64,000 nt of DNA from Adineta vaga (GCA_021613535.1 CP075495.1:5456001-5520000); one strand, 5' to 3'; shown: positions 19,847-33,842, counted from the stretch's first letter. The notes: a model not told the origin generated them from the letters alone. A program made the numbers and translations.

Positions 19847-20921
19847 AAAAATTAGCTTTTTAAAAGACATATTTACAAACCATAGACAAACAGATTTTTA
19901 TCGTATTTCATTCCTTCTCTTTTTTTTTATAATAAACAACTGTCAGTGTATGATTATGTCTAATTGTATCGAATATACAGAAACCGAAATGTTTTTTTAG
20001 TCATTATCTGCTCGTTGTTCTTTTTTCGATAATGATACAGAGAGAAAAGAACAAAACCATGTGTTTATTACCTTTGATGTTTTCTATGATAATTAGAAAT
20101 GAGTAAGAATTACGATCAAGTTAAAGAGTACTAAAACACCCTAATGACTGTTCATGTTGTAGAAATTATGAGTTTATTTGAATAAGAAGTATTGTTTTTA
20201 GAATAGGATACGTACAAGGTGAGAGTAGAATAATGTCCAAAATTTTACATACTTCAGAGATCGTTTTCATTGTTTATCATAAAATTTATGAAGAAAAACT
20301 CCATTTTTTTCTTCTTTCATAAAGGAAAAGAAGAAATGCGGTGGAATATTTGCTTTTTATTCTTACAATATTATTTTAAGCGTAAGTAAGATCATCGAAG
20401 AAAAACAAATTATGGAAGTGAGAATTCTTGATTCGTAGATGACGATGAAATTTATGAAGTAGACACTTAGCAATATGAAATGCATTTTCTACGATGCATA
20501 GTTCCTTTTTCCTCTTTTTCGAGTGGAAAATGAAAAAAAAACGAGTACGGTACGAGAAAAAAAGAACTTCGTAGTAGGACAAAAAGGATCGACATGAGTG
20601 AAATCAATGATATATCTATGTAAATATTTAATGAACACAACAAATAGACTAGTTCTGTTTTAATTAACACACTATTATTTTTTTTTCTTTCGATATATGA
20701 GATTCAATTTTGAGTCAACACGTTCGAGTCTATATAGGATAACTAATTTAAAAATCTCATTAATATTAATGGTATTCCAATAATGAATATGTACTACAGA
20801 TGTAAGTGTTAACATTTTTCACACGAAAAACTATTCTGCGACTGAATTCGAGTAATACTATTAATCAAATTATCTAAATAAATACAGCGCCAAGAATATC
20901 TTCAAAACATTTTTCACTATC

Positions 20922-23717
20922 ATGAGTTCGTTACAAGTCTCTTCTTCAATTAAGAAATTATCTACTTCCGATTTTAATGATCGTATCATATCGTTACATA
21001 CTTCATTCATCACTCGATTTGATTCAATTTCCAAAGCAAATCCTTCTCCTCAACAATTATTTCATTCTATTCCAATCATCTTTCATTTTCTTCGTAATAC
21101 TCTTCAATCTCAACAAAGCCTTCTCGATGAATATAATAATCTCACAAATACTAGTCAAAAAGTAATTGCAATCTGTACTCAATATATACATGATCGACAG
21201 GATCGTGAAAATAAATTTCTACATATGGACGATAAAATCTCACAAACAATTGGACAGATTAGTTACGTTAAATATTGTTTAGAACAGTATTGGACAATGA
21301 TTCGCAGTTTAGAACAAGAAATTGAACGTTTACAATTGCTTCTCAATAATCTTCAATTGTTAAAGAATGATCAAGAGCAATTACAAACATTTGAGGAAAA
21401 TCAAAAGATTAAATTTGATCTCCTTATAAAAGAAAATGAGAATATGAAAAATCTAATTCAACAACGAAAAGATTCAATTCGAACAATTCAAACACAGATT
21501 GAAACTGATGTCCAAGAATTACGAACATTACAGTCACTTCTACATAATAATAAATTAGAAGAAAAAAATATTCATAAACACTGGCTACGACTAAGTTTGT
21601 TTTCCTCTGAAAAAAAAATCACCTCGAATAGAGATCATTAATAGATAAACAAGCATCTCATCTACAAACTGTTTCTGAACAAACGGAAAATATGGAAAAT
21701 GAATATCATCAACGAATGAAAACTACCAAGGATCAATATGAATTGATGCAAAAAAAATTGAATTCACTAACGAATACATATGATCAAGCTAATCGAAAGT
21801 TATCTGTCATCGAAACCAAGGAAACCAATGTAATACATATTCTTCTTTCAAATGTATTCGTATTGAAATATCTTTTCGAACTATAGATCAAAGGAGAGAT
21901 TGAGAATATAAAGAAAGATATGAGTATAGGTTTGTAAGAAAAGAAAATCTAGATTTATCTTAATTTATACAGTATTTGTAGAACAAACTCGAGTTACAAC
22001 TTACCATGAACAGATAGAAAATCTTCGACATGAAACATCAAAGCTTACTGAAGATCATCGTCATATTCGACATCTTCTCAAATCGAAAAAACACACAAAT
22101 TCTATCAGAACGTCAACTCTCATTATATCAACAAAATCAACGTAAATTACAAGGTCGTGTAAAGAATTTAACTGAGCAATTAGTTGATACTATTAAAGAT
22201 AATAAAAAATATGAACATCTCATTCAAATAAATCTTCTTCAAAGTGAAAATCAACAATACAAATTTACCAAAATGCAACTTGCTCTGAAGAAAATCACTC
22301 ATGTAAATAATAATTTAGAAAAAATTCTACAAGAAAATCGTTTGATTCGTTCAAATGAACAAGCAAAACTTCATTCAATAAAACAAGTCTCATTTCAAAA
22401 ACGTAAACAACTTATTCTACATACAAAACAACTACATATTCTATCGATTGATAAACATCGTTTGACAAATAATATCATTCGAAATACTCTCGATACTATT
22501 CGATTAAATTCAATTTTTCACGATTTTACTAATACTGAAAAAGTATTCTCATCGATCTAACTATGTAGAATTGTCATCATTCCTTTCGTTTAGTATTTCC
22601 AACAACAATTACGACAAAAGAAAACTGAGTTGCTGAAGTAAATATTGAATGAGAGGATGAATTTCACCATTCTCAAAACATTTCGAACTATATAGTCATG
22701 AAAAACAACGTGCATTACTAAATCGCTACCTTCACGATCATGATAATAGAATACATTTTTTAACGAAAAAAAATCAATTAATTGAAAATGAACTTCAAAG
22801 TAAAATTGATCAATTTCAATCGTTTCATCGCCAATTTCTTCAACGAAAACATGACCGATTGATTGATTCTAATAAGAAACAATTAGCGATTTATTCTTAT
22901 CAACAGAAAATAACAAAACTAGATGAATTACATAAAAAATATGATCAACTAGAAAAACTATCGGATAATGAAATCAATCGGATAACAAAGAAAATTGAAG
23001 AGAATGAACTTTTAAAATTAAATATTACAAAAATTAAACAACAAATTATCAATATGATTAGTCAAAATAAACGTCAAATCGATGAATCTTTATTATTACG
23101 TGAAAAAATTCATCTATATACTCAATTGAATGATATGATCAATCAACAAGAAGACCGATATTCATTCTATGTAAATCGTTTTTCTCGATATATTGTCGAT
23201 TTACAACAGGAAAATAATCGATTATTAACCACAATGGAAAATTTAAAGACAAAATCCATGATTATATTTGATTCTCATCAATATAAAGTACAGAAAAAAG
23301 TTGATATACTTCACATCAATCAAATATTGTCGGATCGACCTATACATATTCGAAAAAATTCAGTACAGATTGATGTTCACAAAACACTCGAAAATTATTC
23401 AATATCTGTAAAACAATTAGTGAAGATTATTTATCAAGTTGTTCAATGGAGAGAAAAATTAGCGTGGATTACTCAACGCTATTTTGTAACATCTGATTTA
23501 TTTGGTAGACGACAATAAGAAACTTGTATTTTTTCTTTTTATTACTAGACAAAAATGAACGAAATTCGTCAACAAATTAAATTATTCGCAGGAAACAAAG
23601 AAATGATCTTACGATATAGAATCAATGCAGAAAGCAGACAGTGTAAAGCAATAAGAGCTGAATTATGTCTGCAGACACTTTTGTCATCGACTGAAAACAA
23701 TGTAACATATTTGTGAT
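20922..23717 (+). CDS. Long coiled-coil protein of unknown family (possible frameshift near 22080)
   Basis: Consecutive long Q/E/K/L-rich heptad ORFs linked by short GT-AG introns; no diagnostic motif. Confidence 0.6.
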
Positions 23718-23855
23718 GCTTCATTTAATCTCTATATACTAAACTGTAATTTGATTGAATCTTGTAATACAATTGAGTTTATTTCTAATCGATCTAGCTT
23801 GTTCTATAGATGAAAATAGAATGATCAAAAGACATATATCAAATATTTGTATACA

Positions 23856-23881
23856 GTATGAGAAGTGAAGTAGTTACATTC
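23856..23881 (+). promoter_or_regulatory. Conserved 5S upstream element (also at 26390-26415)
   Basis: gtatgagaagtgaagtagttacattc is identical immediately upstream of both 5S copies, while flanks further out are unrelated. Confidence 0.6.
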
Positions 23882-24000
23882 GCTTACGGCCATACCACGT
23901 TGAATACACCAGTTCTCGTCCGATCACTGAAGTTAAGCAACGTCGGGCTCGGTTAGTACTTGGATGGGTGACCGCCTGGGAATACCGAGTGTCGTAAGCT
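23882..24000 (+). rRNA. 5S: 5S rRNA (copy 1)
   Basis: GCTTACGGCCATACCAC..CCGATCACTGAAGTTAAGCAACGTCGGGC..TTAGTACTTGGATGGGTGACCGCCTGGGAATACC..GTAAGCT, followed by a T-run Pol III terminator. Confidence 0.98.
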
Positions 24001-25107
24001 TTTTTATTTTTAAATTTTTCTCTCGAATTCTTTTCTGCGGAAGTAACATTTCATTTTTATCTTAAAGCACTGATCTTTATATATATATATATATATCAGA
24101 TTAGAAGATTAGATGAATGTATGAGGGAAATATGTGTTAAAGGAAGTATTTGATCCACTACGCAGTTTAATTTTCTATATTCTTTCAACCATAATCATGT
24201 ACTTACTAATCTATTTGTGCGAATAGCATTACAAATTTAGCTTAATAAAGGGAAAATACTAGGGGATATCCCATCTACAGTGTTACATTGCAATATTGTA
24301 TATTAAATATTTAAATTATCTCCCTTTACAATGACGTCATTTCTTTCAGATGTATATGCATGACAAAAATCTTTTTCATTCCATGCGTCATTCTTTAAAG
24401 GTTTGAAGAAACAGATTCTGACATTTCGAATATATATTTATATGTAATATAATCACTAAGTCGCCTGGATAGGAAGTGCAGTAGTATGATTAAAAAAGTG
24501 AGGAAGAAAATGCTATCAGTGTGATTTCAAGCTTCCTTTTTTCACATATGAGTACTTCATTATTATTCATATAACTCGATTGTTAAACATTCTTAACACT
24601 TTTACCGTATTCACCTTTCTATAATGACCGAATAGATCAATTTATTTCTGATTTATTTTTCATTATTTGTAATAATAATATGTTGCTTCTTACAATCGTC
24701 CTTCTCGCATCAATAGCTTCGTGAAATAACACATTCAGTAAGAAGATTTACTTAACATTGCTGAAGTTTAAAATACAGCAATTTTAAGTAGTACTAAGAT
24801 ACTTGTATCATACAAGGAAGAATATTTTAAACACATCAAGCATCGTGAGAAAATTATCATATTATTAAATCGTCAATATGATTTGTACATGCATTTATAC
24901 ATAATCATTACCCTTGTTTTATATCTTTCTCTTCATTTTATTCTTTTTTCTTTTCCTTATCAATTATTGTTGTTTTGAAAGCTATTGTATGGTCTGACTC
25001 TCGATAGTGCGATACTTCGTATAAAATATATATGAAATTAGATTGCATCAAGCATCGACGAATATGTTTTATATAATTTTTCTCTCTTCTAGATAACTGA
25101 TTCAAGT

Positions 25108-26085
25108 ATGGGTTGTACAAGTTCAAAAAGTTCAAAAGTATATACAGAACTTACAATAGAACGTGTGTATTCTTTTCAATATTTCTTTCATTTCAATGAA
25201 AATTTTTTTAATTGTATCATAGAAATTGTTTTGCTCAAAGAGAAAACAAAATTTAGTGAAAAAGGTAGATCTCGGTGTAATACTTTTTATTTCTAATCCT
25301 ATTTTTTCAAATATTTTGCTTCAGAGATTCGAGAATGGCATACTGTGAGCATCATATTCATATCTGTATCAAATCAATTTTGTTTATTTTGCTATCGATT
25401 TCAAGGGTTTTTTACACGATTGTCCGACTGGTGAACTCGATAGAAAACAACTCGTCAATGTTTACAAACATTTTTATCCACAAGGAAATGTGAAGCCATT
25501 TTGCAAGTAAATGAACATAGTATCTTATCTTTATGCTCTATATAATTTGTATATCTAGATATGTATTTGCTGCTGTGGATACTAATAATGATGGGAAAAT
25601 TGATTTTGTTGAATATCTTTTACAAATTGCTGCATTAAGTCACAGTGATTTAAATAAACGACTAGCAGCCGCGTTTAATATGTAAGTGTGTCTTCGTGTG
25701 TATTTTTATTGATAGTGATTTGATCAAATGATTATAGATACGATATTTCTGGTGATGGACAAATTGATCGAAAAGAATTAACGATATTGATTTCAGCATT
25801 AGTAAATAAATCTCGTCTTTGTATTTGTTTTGTTTTTATATTAGTGGCTATTTTCTTCGTAGTATGATCTTGTCGGCGAAAATGATCGAAAAGGTAGTCG
25901 TGATCCAAAGAATCGTGCTAATGATATTATTGCTCGACTTGATAAAAATGGTGATAAAAAATTGAACAAAGAAGAATTTATTGCTGGGTAAATGATTAAG
26001 ATTGCGCGATTCTTTTGACTTGATCTTCTCGTTTAGATGTCAAATTGATTCGGTACTACGACATATACTTGCACCAACTGTTTGA
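25108..26085 (+). CDS. Neuronal calcium sensor paralog B
   Basis: Same intron positions as paralog A; MGCTSSK start, EIREWHTGFLHDCPTG, DTNNDGKIDFVEY, DISGDGQIDRKEL, DKNGDKKLNKEEF. Confidence 0.93.
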
Positions 26086-26415
26086 AAACAAATGACTTTT
26101 TATCTCAAAGAAACATTTATGTAACATTCAAAGAACGTCTTTGTGTGTTGCACGTTGTTTCGATATGTGAAAATAGTATCATACATATATTTTTTATAGG
26201 CTCAATTCTTGTTTATTTGCTTGTACTCTTCCTTTTGTTCAGTGTAAAGTTTGAAAAACAAAATTTCGATAACAAAAACCATTTAAAGCTACGCTCATAT
26301 TTTCCCCCTATTGTCATATCGTTGATATTTAAATAAATTTGACTTAGTTATCTATTTCACGGAATTGTATGCTTGAAATATAACATACGGTATGAGAAGT
26401 GAAGTAGTTACATTC

Positions 26416-26534
26416 GCTTACGGCCATACCACGTTGAATACACCAGTTCTCGTCCGATCACTGAAGTTAAGCAACGTCGGGCTCGGTTAGTACTTGGATG
26501 GGTGACCGCCTGGGAATACCGAGTGTCGTAAGCT
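26416..26534 (+). rRNA. 5S: 5S rRNA (copy 2)
   Basis: Identical to copy 1; T-run terminator follows. Confidence 0.98.
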
Positions 26535-27489
26535 TTTTGTTTTGATTTTTTTTCAATTTATTTCTTAAAATATTCAAATATGTATCCGACAAATTTAATT
26601 TTTATACTTTCCGTTATTATGTTTTACTTTAAATTGAATCTGAATAAATAATTTTTACATCTTTGCCGAATCATTTTAAATAACATCACATATAACAACT
26701 ATCGTACATGTTAGCTTTTAGTCTATATATATCAATGGACTAGCTTTACTATGAAGAACGATTTACTAGTCCAAGTCTATCTTTTTTTTACAACTAACAT
26801 GTAGAATTCTTTCGTGGACTTACTATAATTATTATGCCCTATTTATCTGTTCTGTATGCGAAGTACATCTGGCGTCATCTATGAAATATATCATCTCGTT
26901 TTTTCGCTATTTCCATCAATAGAATTTGAATTGATTACAAGAATAAATTTCAATGCATGCTAAAGATTGTTAGAAAATCATATCGACCATTCTCTACTAT
27001 GATTGGTGAAATGAGTTGGTAGCAATGTAGAGTAGATGTTACGTTTACGTATATATGTGTATGTATAAAACGATCTACTATTAGATATTCTTAATCAGAA
27101 ATCCTTCAAAGCTTCCAAGATGTTTATTCTTTTCTTGAAATCCATTACTTCCAATACTTCTACATTTCTTTCAATGCCTTTCATCATTGTTGACTATCTG
27201 TTTTAGTTATATCTTTGTCTCTTTTTCTATATTACATATCTTATTAATCATGAAATTTCGTTTGACATGTTTTTTTTTCAAACTGGAAATTATTTTCTCT
27301 ATTTAATGTTCTTTTTTTCTTCTTAGTAAGCGTCTTTACATACGCATAGTTAGCGTAAACCGAATAGAAATGCGATGATGACATCGTAAAGCGATTGCAT
27401 CATCCTTTTTGTCACTAATAATTTCTAAATTATTTATTGGTGTATTTAAATACTTCGGCTTCTAATTCTAGTTTTATAGAGAATCAAAT

Positions 27490-30400
27490 ATGACAGACAG
27501 TGTATCAACTAGTAGTAGCGTTTCGCAAAAACCAGCAATGAAAGATGAAGGTAAATTCGTCGAATTACCAGATGCTAAAGAAGGCGAAGTTGTTGTACGA
27601 TTTCCACCGGAAGCTAGCGGGTTTGTTGATTATAGAAGTTCTAATTCATTTACTTGAATATATACTTTTTATAATTTAGCTATTTGCATATTGGTCATGC
27701 TAAAGCTGCACTTCTCAATCAATATTATCAAAAAACTTTCAAAGGAATATTAATTATGCGTTTTGATGATACAAATCCAGCAAAAGAAAATGCTGAATTT
27801 GAAAAAGTAGTTTGATGAAATAATTCATGTGATATTCATCTGTTTTCTTTTCTCTAGGTTATTCTTGAAGATTTAAAAATGTTAGGTGTCACGTATGATC
27901 GTTTTACACATACTTCCGATCATTTTGATACTTTAATGAAATATTGTAAAGAAACAATTGAAAAAGGTATTGCTTATTGTGACGATACAGAGCCAGAAGA
28001 AATGAAAGCTCAACGTGATCAACGTCAAGATTCTGTAAATCGTAATAATAGTGTTGAAAAAAATTTGAAAATGTGGGATGATATGATTGCCGGAAATGAG
28101 AATGGTAAAAAATGTTGTGTTCGATTGAAAATCAATATGAAATCTAATAATGGATGTATGCGTGATCCAACTATTTATCGTTGTAAACCAGAGGAACATG
28201 TACGAACAGGCAATAAATATAAGTAAGACGGGAAAATAACTTCATTATGAATGGTATTTTTAATTATATTTTCTTCTCTTCAAAGAGTTTATCCAACATA
28301 TGATTTTGCTTGTCCAATTGTCGATAGTATCGAAGAAGGTTGGTAAACATTTTATCGTCATTCTGATAATATAATTCTACTTGTTTAGTTACTCATGCAC
28401 TTCGAACAACGGAATATCATGATCGTGATGAACAATACTATTGGATTCTCGATGCTCTTGGTAAATAATTCTAAAGATAAAATAAACCTTTTTTTACTGA
28501 CTTCAATAAATTTTCTATCCAGGTCTTCGCAAACCATTTATTTACGAATATGCACGTCTCAACATGCAATATACAGTATTGTCGAAACGTAAATTAACAT
28601 GGTTTGTTAACGAAAAAATTGTCGATGGTTGGGATGATCCACGTTTACCAACGGTACGTGGTATTCTTCGACGTGGTATGACTGTTGAAGGTCTTCGACA
28701 ATTTATCATTGCACAAGGTTCATCACGATCTGTTGTTTTAATGGATTGGGATAAGATTTGGGCTTTCAATAAAAAACAAATCGATCCAGTAGCACCACGT
28801 TTTACTGCATTATTAAAAGATCAACTAGTCAAATTACATTTGAAAAATGTTACAAAAGAAGAATGTAATCAACATCAAAAACATCCAAAAGATCCAAGTA
28901 TTGGTATGAAAAATGTCTATTCTGGTCCAGCAGTGTATATTGAGAACGACGATGCTGTACAAATTACGGATGGTCAAATTGTTACTTTAATGAATTGGGG
29001 AAATGTTAAGATCAATCGAGTGCAAAAGTAAGTTACGAGAAAACCAATGAATAGTTTCTGTATCATTATAATTAACTTCTTTTTATTTAGAGATACTACC
29101 GGTAAAATCGAATTGATCGAAGGTGAAACTCAATTTGATAATAAAGATTTCAAAAATACGCTGAAATTAACATGGCTTGCTGAAACAAGTCAAGCACCGT
29201 TAACACCAATAACTTGTATTCATTATGATAATATTATGACAAAAGCCAAACTTGACGAAGGTGATACATTCGAAAATTTTGTCAATTATGGATCAAAAGT
29301 AAGAAAAACTTCATTTCATTTTCGCATGGTAACTTTCCCCATTTTCAGACTGAGTATGATATTATGGGTGAACCTGATATGGCACAACTGAAAAAAGGAG
29401 ATATTATTCAAATTCTTCGCAAAGGTTACTATATATGTGACAGTCCATTTGATGGTGCCACTAAACAATCATGTCGTCTATTAAATATCCCAGATGGTGG
29501 TACTAAAGAAAAACCAACATCACTGAAATCGACCGATACTAATGTAACAGCAAATGCTTCGGGAGATAAATCAAAATCGTCAGCAGGAGCAACAGCGACT
29601 GTTAAATCAAGTCCTGAAGTAGATAAATTAGTTGAACAAATCGGTCAGCAAGGTGATAAAGTTCGAGATTTAAAAACAAATAAATCAACACCAAAGGTAA
29701 ACGAACATTCGATGAGGAATAAAATGAAATCGAATAACATTTCTTAATTAGGATGATGTCAATGCTGCGGTAAAAGAACTTTTAGCATTAAAAGAAAAAT
29801 ATAAAAGTTTAACTGGTACTGATTATAAACCAACAAATACAGCCGGTGCATCAGCAGCAGCATCTAGTTCAACACAAAAAGAAAATAAGAAACCAGCATC
29901 CGCTCCAGCCGCTACAACACCCTCAGCAACGTCTGCAGAAGCTGATAAACTTCTCGAAAAAATAACACAACAAGGCGATAAAGTGCGCGAACTTAAAGGC
30001 AATAAATCAGCTTCAAAAGTAAGTCTAACTACTGGAATCAGTAGTATCCGAGAAGTAGCGATCTCTAGCGACGATTTGAAAAAAAAGGGAACGGCGTAAA
30101 ACTTTCGCATAAGAGAAAGAAAAATAAAGATTGGTTCGCGTAAATATTATACACGTCACTGATCACAGCCTCATCTACATATCACGATTCACATATATAT
30201 CGAAAAGAAGGATGAGTTCAAATGAAAGTGTTGATATCGAAAATTTAAAATCTCGTGTAGATGAACAAGCTAATCTTGTTCGTAAATTAAAAAGTGTTCC
30301 TAATCATAATAAAGTATGCTGATGAAGTATTCGTTTTTCTAATTATTATCTTTTTCTTTTAAGGATGAAGTTACAGCGGCTGTACAAGAATTATTAAAAT

Positions 30401-32641
30401 TAAAAGAACAATATAAAACATTAACAGGTACGGATGTTCCAGCAACTGGAGCAGCTCCTGCACGTAAAGAGAAAGAAAAGAAACCAGCAGTCAAGCCAGC
30501 TGAAAGTGAACATGCTGCAGGATCTGGTCATACTGATTTAAAAAAACAAACCAAGTATGTTTTATAATAAATAATAATTAGAAAACCAAGAAAAATCAAA
30601 TGTTTTTCTAGACTTGGTATTGAATTTAAAAAAGAAGAAAATCTTGCTGATTGGTATGGACAAGTAAGTTTAAGATTATATAGGTACTCTCTTTATTCAT
30701 ATCTGCCTTGATCATTTAAGGTCGTTCGTAAAGGTGAATTAATTGAAAACTATGATGTATCTGGATGTTATATTCTTCGTCCATGGGCATATTTTCTTTG
30801 GGAACAATTAAAGGCTTTCATTGATGACGAAATATCTGCTATGGGCGTACAAAATTGTTATTTTCCATTGTTTGTTTCTCACAGTGCACTTCATCGTGAA
30901 CAAACTCACATTGCTGACTTTTCTCCGGAAGTAAGAATAGAATTAAATCAATAAAAAAAACATATGGAATTATCTAACTTAACTTTTCAGGTTGCTTGGG
31001 TAACTAAATCTGGTGATACTGATTTAGCTCAACCGATTGCAGTACGTCCAACAAGTGAAACCATTATGTATCCAGCATATGCCAAATGGATTCAATCACA
31101 TCGTGATCTTCCATTAAAATTGAATCAATGGAATAATGTTGTGGTATGTATGAAGATGATCAATTGAAAGATTTCTATTTCGAAAATTTTAGAGATGGGA
31201 ATTTAAAAATCCTCAACCATTTCTTCGTACCAGAGAATTTCTTTGGCAGGAAGGTCATACAGCATGGGCAACTCAAAAAGAAGCTTCCGAAGAAGTTTAT
31301 CAAATTCTTGATTTGTATGCAAGAGTTTATACAGATTTATTGGCTATACCAGTTATTAAAGGACGTAAAACAGAAAAAGAGAAATTTGCTGGTGCAGATT
31401 GGACAACAACAATTGAAGGTTATATCGCAGCTAGTGGAAGAGGCATTCAAGTTAGTAGATTTGAAAATAAAAACTTCGTGTCTTTTTCATATATAGAATA
31501 TTTTATTTTTAAGGCAGCAACATCTCATCATTTGGGTCAGAATTTCTCGAAAATGTTCGAAATTACATTTGAAGATCCACAAACACAAAGTAAACAATAT
31601 GTTTATCAAAATTCATGGGGTATAACTACACGAACCATTGGTGTTATGACCATGATTCATGGAGATAACAAAGGCTTAGTCTTACCACCACGTATCGCTA
31701 AATACCAGGTATATATAAAACGATGATATACGATAGGCAAATCATACGAAATATAGATCATATTCAGATTTTATAACTTATCTTTTTAATGTAACTAATA
31801 TATATATATATACATGATACTTTATATAGGTTGTTATTGTTCCATGTGGTATTACAGCATCATTGTCGAAAGAAGATGAAGATGCATTGATAAATACATG
31901 TAAAGATGTTGAAACGAAATTGAAAAAAGCCGGTATACGTGTCTATGGTGATTATCGAGATAATTATTCACCGGGATGGAAATTTAATCATTGGGAAATG
32001 AAAGGTACGATGATATTGATTTAGTTTTCAACGTATATCTCATCAATACAATTTTTTCTAGGTGTTCCAATCCGTGTTGAATTTGGTCCAAATGACAAAG
32101 CTCAATCACAATTGACTGTTGTATTTCGTCATACTGGAGATAAAACAAAAATTCCAGTTGACACTTGTGAAACTAAATTACGTGAAATGCTTGAACAAAT
32201 GCACAATGATCTATACAAGAAGTAAGAAACATAGATTAATTGGTGAGATACAATTTTTTTTTCTAAATTTCTTTTTGTTTTCTAGAGCTAAAACTGAACT
32301 TGATAGTCATACTGTAGTTGTTAAAGATTGGGCTGGTTTCTTAAAAGGTCTTGATAACTCTTGTATTATGTTAGCACCATTCTGTGGTGAACCATCATGT
32401 GAAGATCGAATTAAACAAGACAGTGCTCAGTATGAAAAGAAAATGAATATTTATTATTTATATTCTTCTCTTGTATCTCTTTAGGGATGCTGTCGTTGAA
32501 GAAGGTGCACCAGCAATGGGTGCTAAAGGTCTATGTATTCCATTTGATCAACCAGAACAGCTGGCGGAAAATCAACAATGTTGTCATCCATCATGTAAAA
32601 GCAAAGCAAAATACTTTACATTGTTTGGTCGAAGTTACTAA
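27490..32641 (+). CDS. EPRS1: Bifunctional glutamyl-prolyl-tRNA synthetase with two WHEP domains
   Basis: GluRS: [48 protein letters not shown]. WHEPs: QQGDKVR.LK..AVxELLxLKxxYK. ProRS: [40 protein letters not shown]-terminal LFGRSY. Confidence 0.97.
30211..30313 (+). CDS. Alternative first exon inside an EPRS intron (N-half of a WHEP domain) for a ProRS-only isoform
   Basis: [37 protein letters not shown] then gtatgc donor, phase 0; joins the exon at 30364 ([18 protein letters not shown]) to complete a WHEP domain. Confidence 0.75.
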
Positions 32642-33842
32642 ACAAATGATGAAAATGAATGAAAAACAAGGAATAGACAAGACATTTTTTTTTATTATTA
32701 TTCTTGATCAAATCGTTATCCGTTCTCATACGTTTATCTCTGAGTCTGACCTTGTTGTTTTGAGCTTCAAGTGTTTATTTTACATTTTAGGCATCGAAAT
32801 ATAAAGACAATAAAAATAAGTTATCGCATCTATCAGTTAATGAATAAGTTTTCATTATGAATGAAAAACTATATCAACTTGACATACAATGCATCTTTGT
32901 TAACAATTATTGTTTTCTATTCTGAACATGACTAATCAAATGCATGTCTTTTTTTTCTATCGAAGAGACAAAGCAACAAAGAGCTTGCACTGTTTCTAAC
33001 ATAAAATAATCATTTTGGAGATTTTTATATGATATGTCAGTTACAAAGTGTTATTAAAGTCAATCAATGATATTATTTATTGAATTTATGACTAAATAAT
33101 ATTATCTCTTCAAAACTAGGTCATTTTGTCAGTGCCTGTCAGATATTGTCAATTTGTTCTCGTTTTCAAAATCGGGAAGTTTTTTCATTAAAGAATGACG
33201 GTTATCGCTTTTTGTCATTCTGTATTACAAAAAAATAAATCAGACTACCATTCATTGTTATTTTCCGTTATTATATCATAATACCGAATTATTAGAACAA
33301 TACATAAGAAGATTTGAAAATACTTTTGTATTAATAAGAAGGAATGTACTTATAATTTAAATAAGAACTTATATGATCCCTGATTATCAAAACATATTCT
33401 AATTCCATCTAGGACAACAAGAAGAAAGAAGAAGAAGAAGAAGAAGAAGGAAAAAAAATGACAATGTTCATTACTCTTATATTCACATATAATCTCTCAT
33501 TCTTTTCATCTGCAAATATCCGATTATATCTCTTTTTCATTTAATACATCCCACATAAGTGCTCTTGTATAAATGGATAATAAACCATCTGTAGACATAT
33601 TGTTCTAATTAGCTTCGAGGAAAAATACAAACATACACATTTTAGATTTATTTCTCTATAAACACACATGACTTCTTTTTGTTTCTACTAATGATGATCT
33701 GATAGTGACTTAAAATGAAGAAGAAGAAGAAGAAAAATCTCTAGTGAGCAATTTTTATAGCACTTTAACTTCAAATAGAAGAGATATAAACAGAAAGAGA
33801 AAAACGATCCAATGTGTTTTTAAAGCAAAAAAAAAGTATCAA

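Noticed and set aside
21994-22006. ttacaacttacca resembles part of the rotifer spliced-leader sequence as I recall it
   Set aside because: Only 13 nt, inside a coding exon, with no following GT donor or Sm site; not an SL RNA gene. No SL gene was seen next to the 5S copies either.
28325-28395. Possible frameshift in GluRS at DSIE(G)VTH
   Set aside because: A donor after GAA GAA G (gttggt) and the acceptor near 28388 restore the frame as DSIEEVTHALRT; an ordinary intron.
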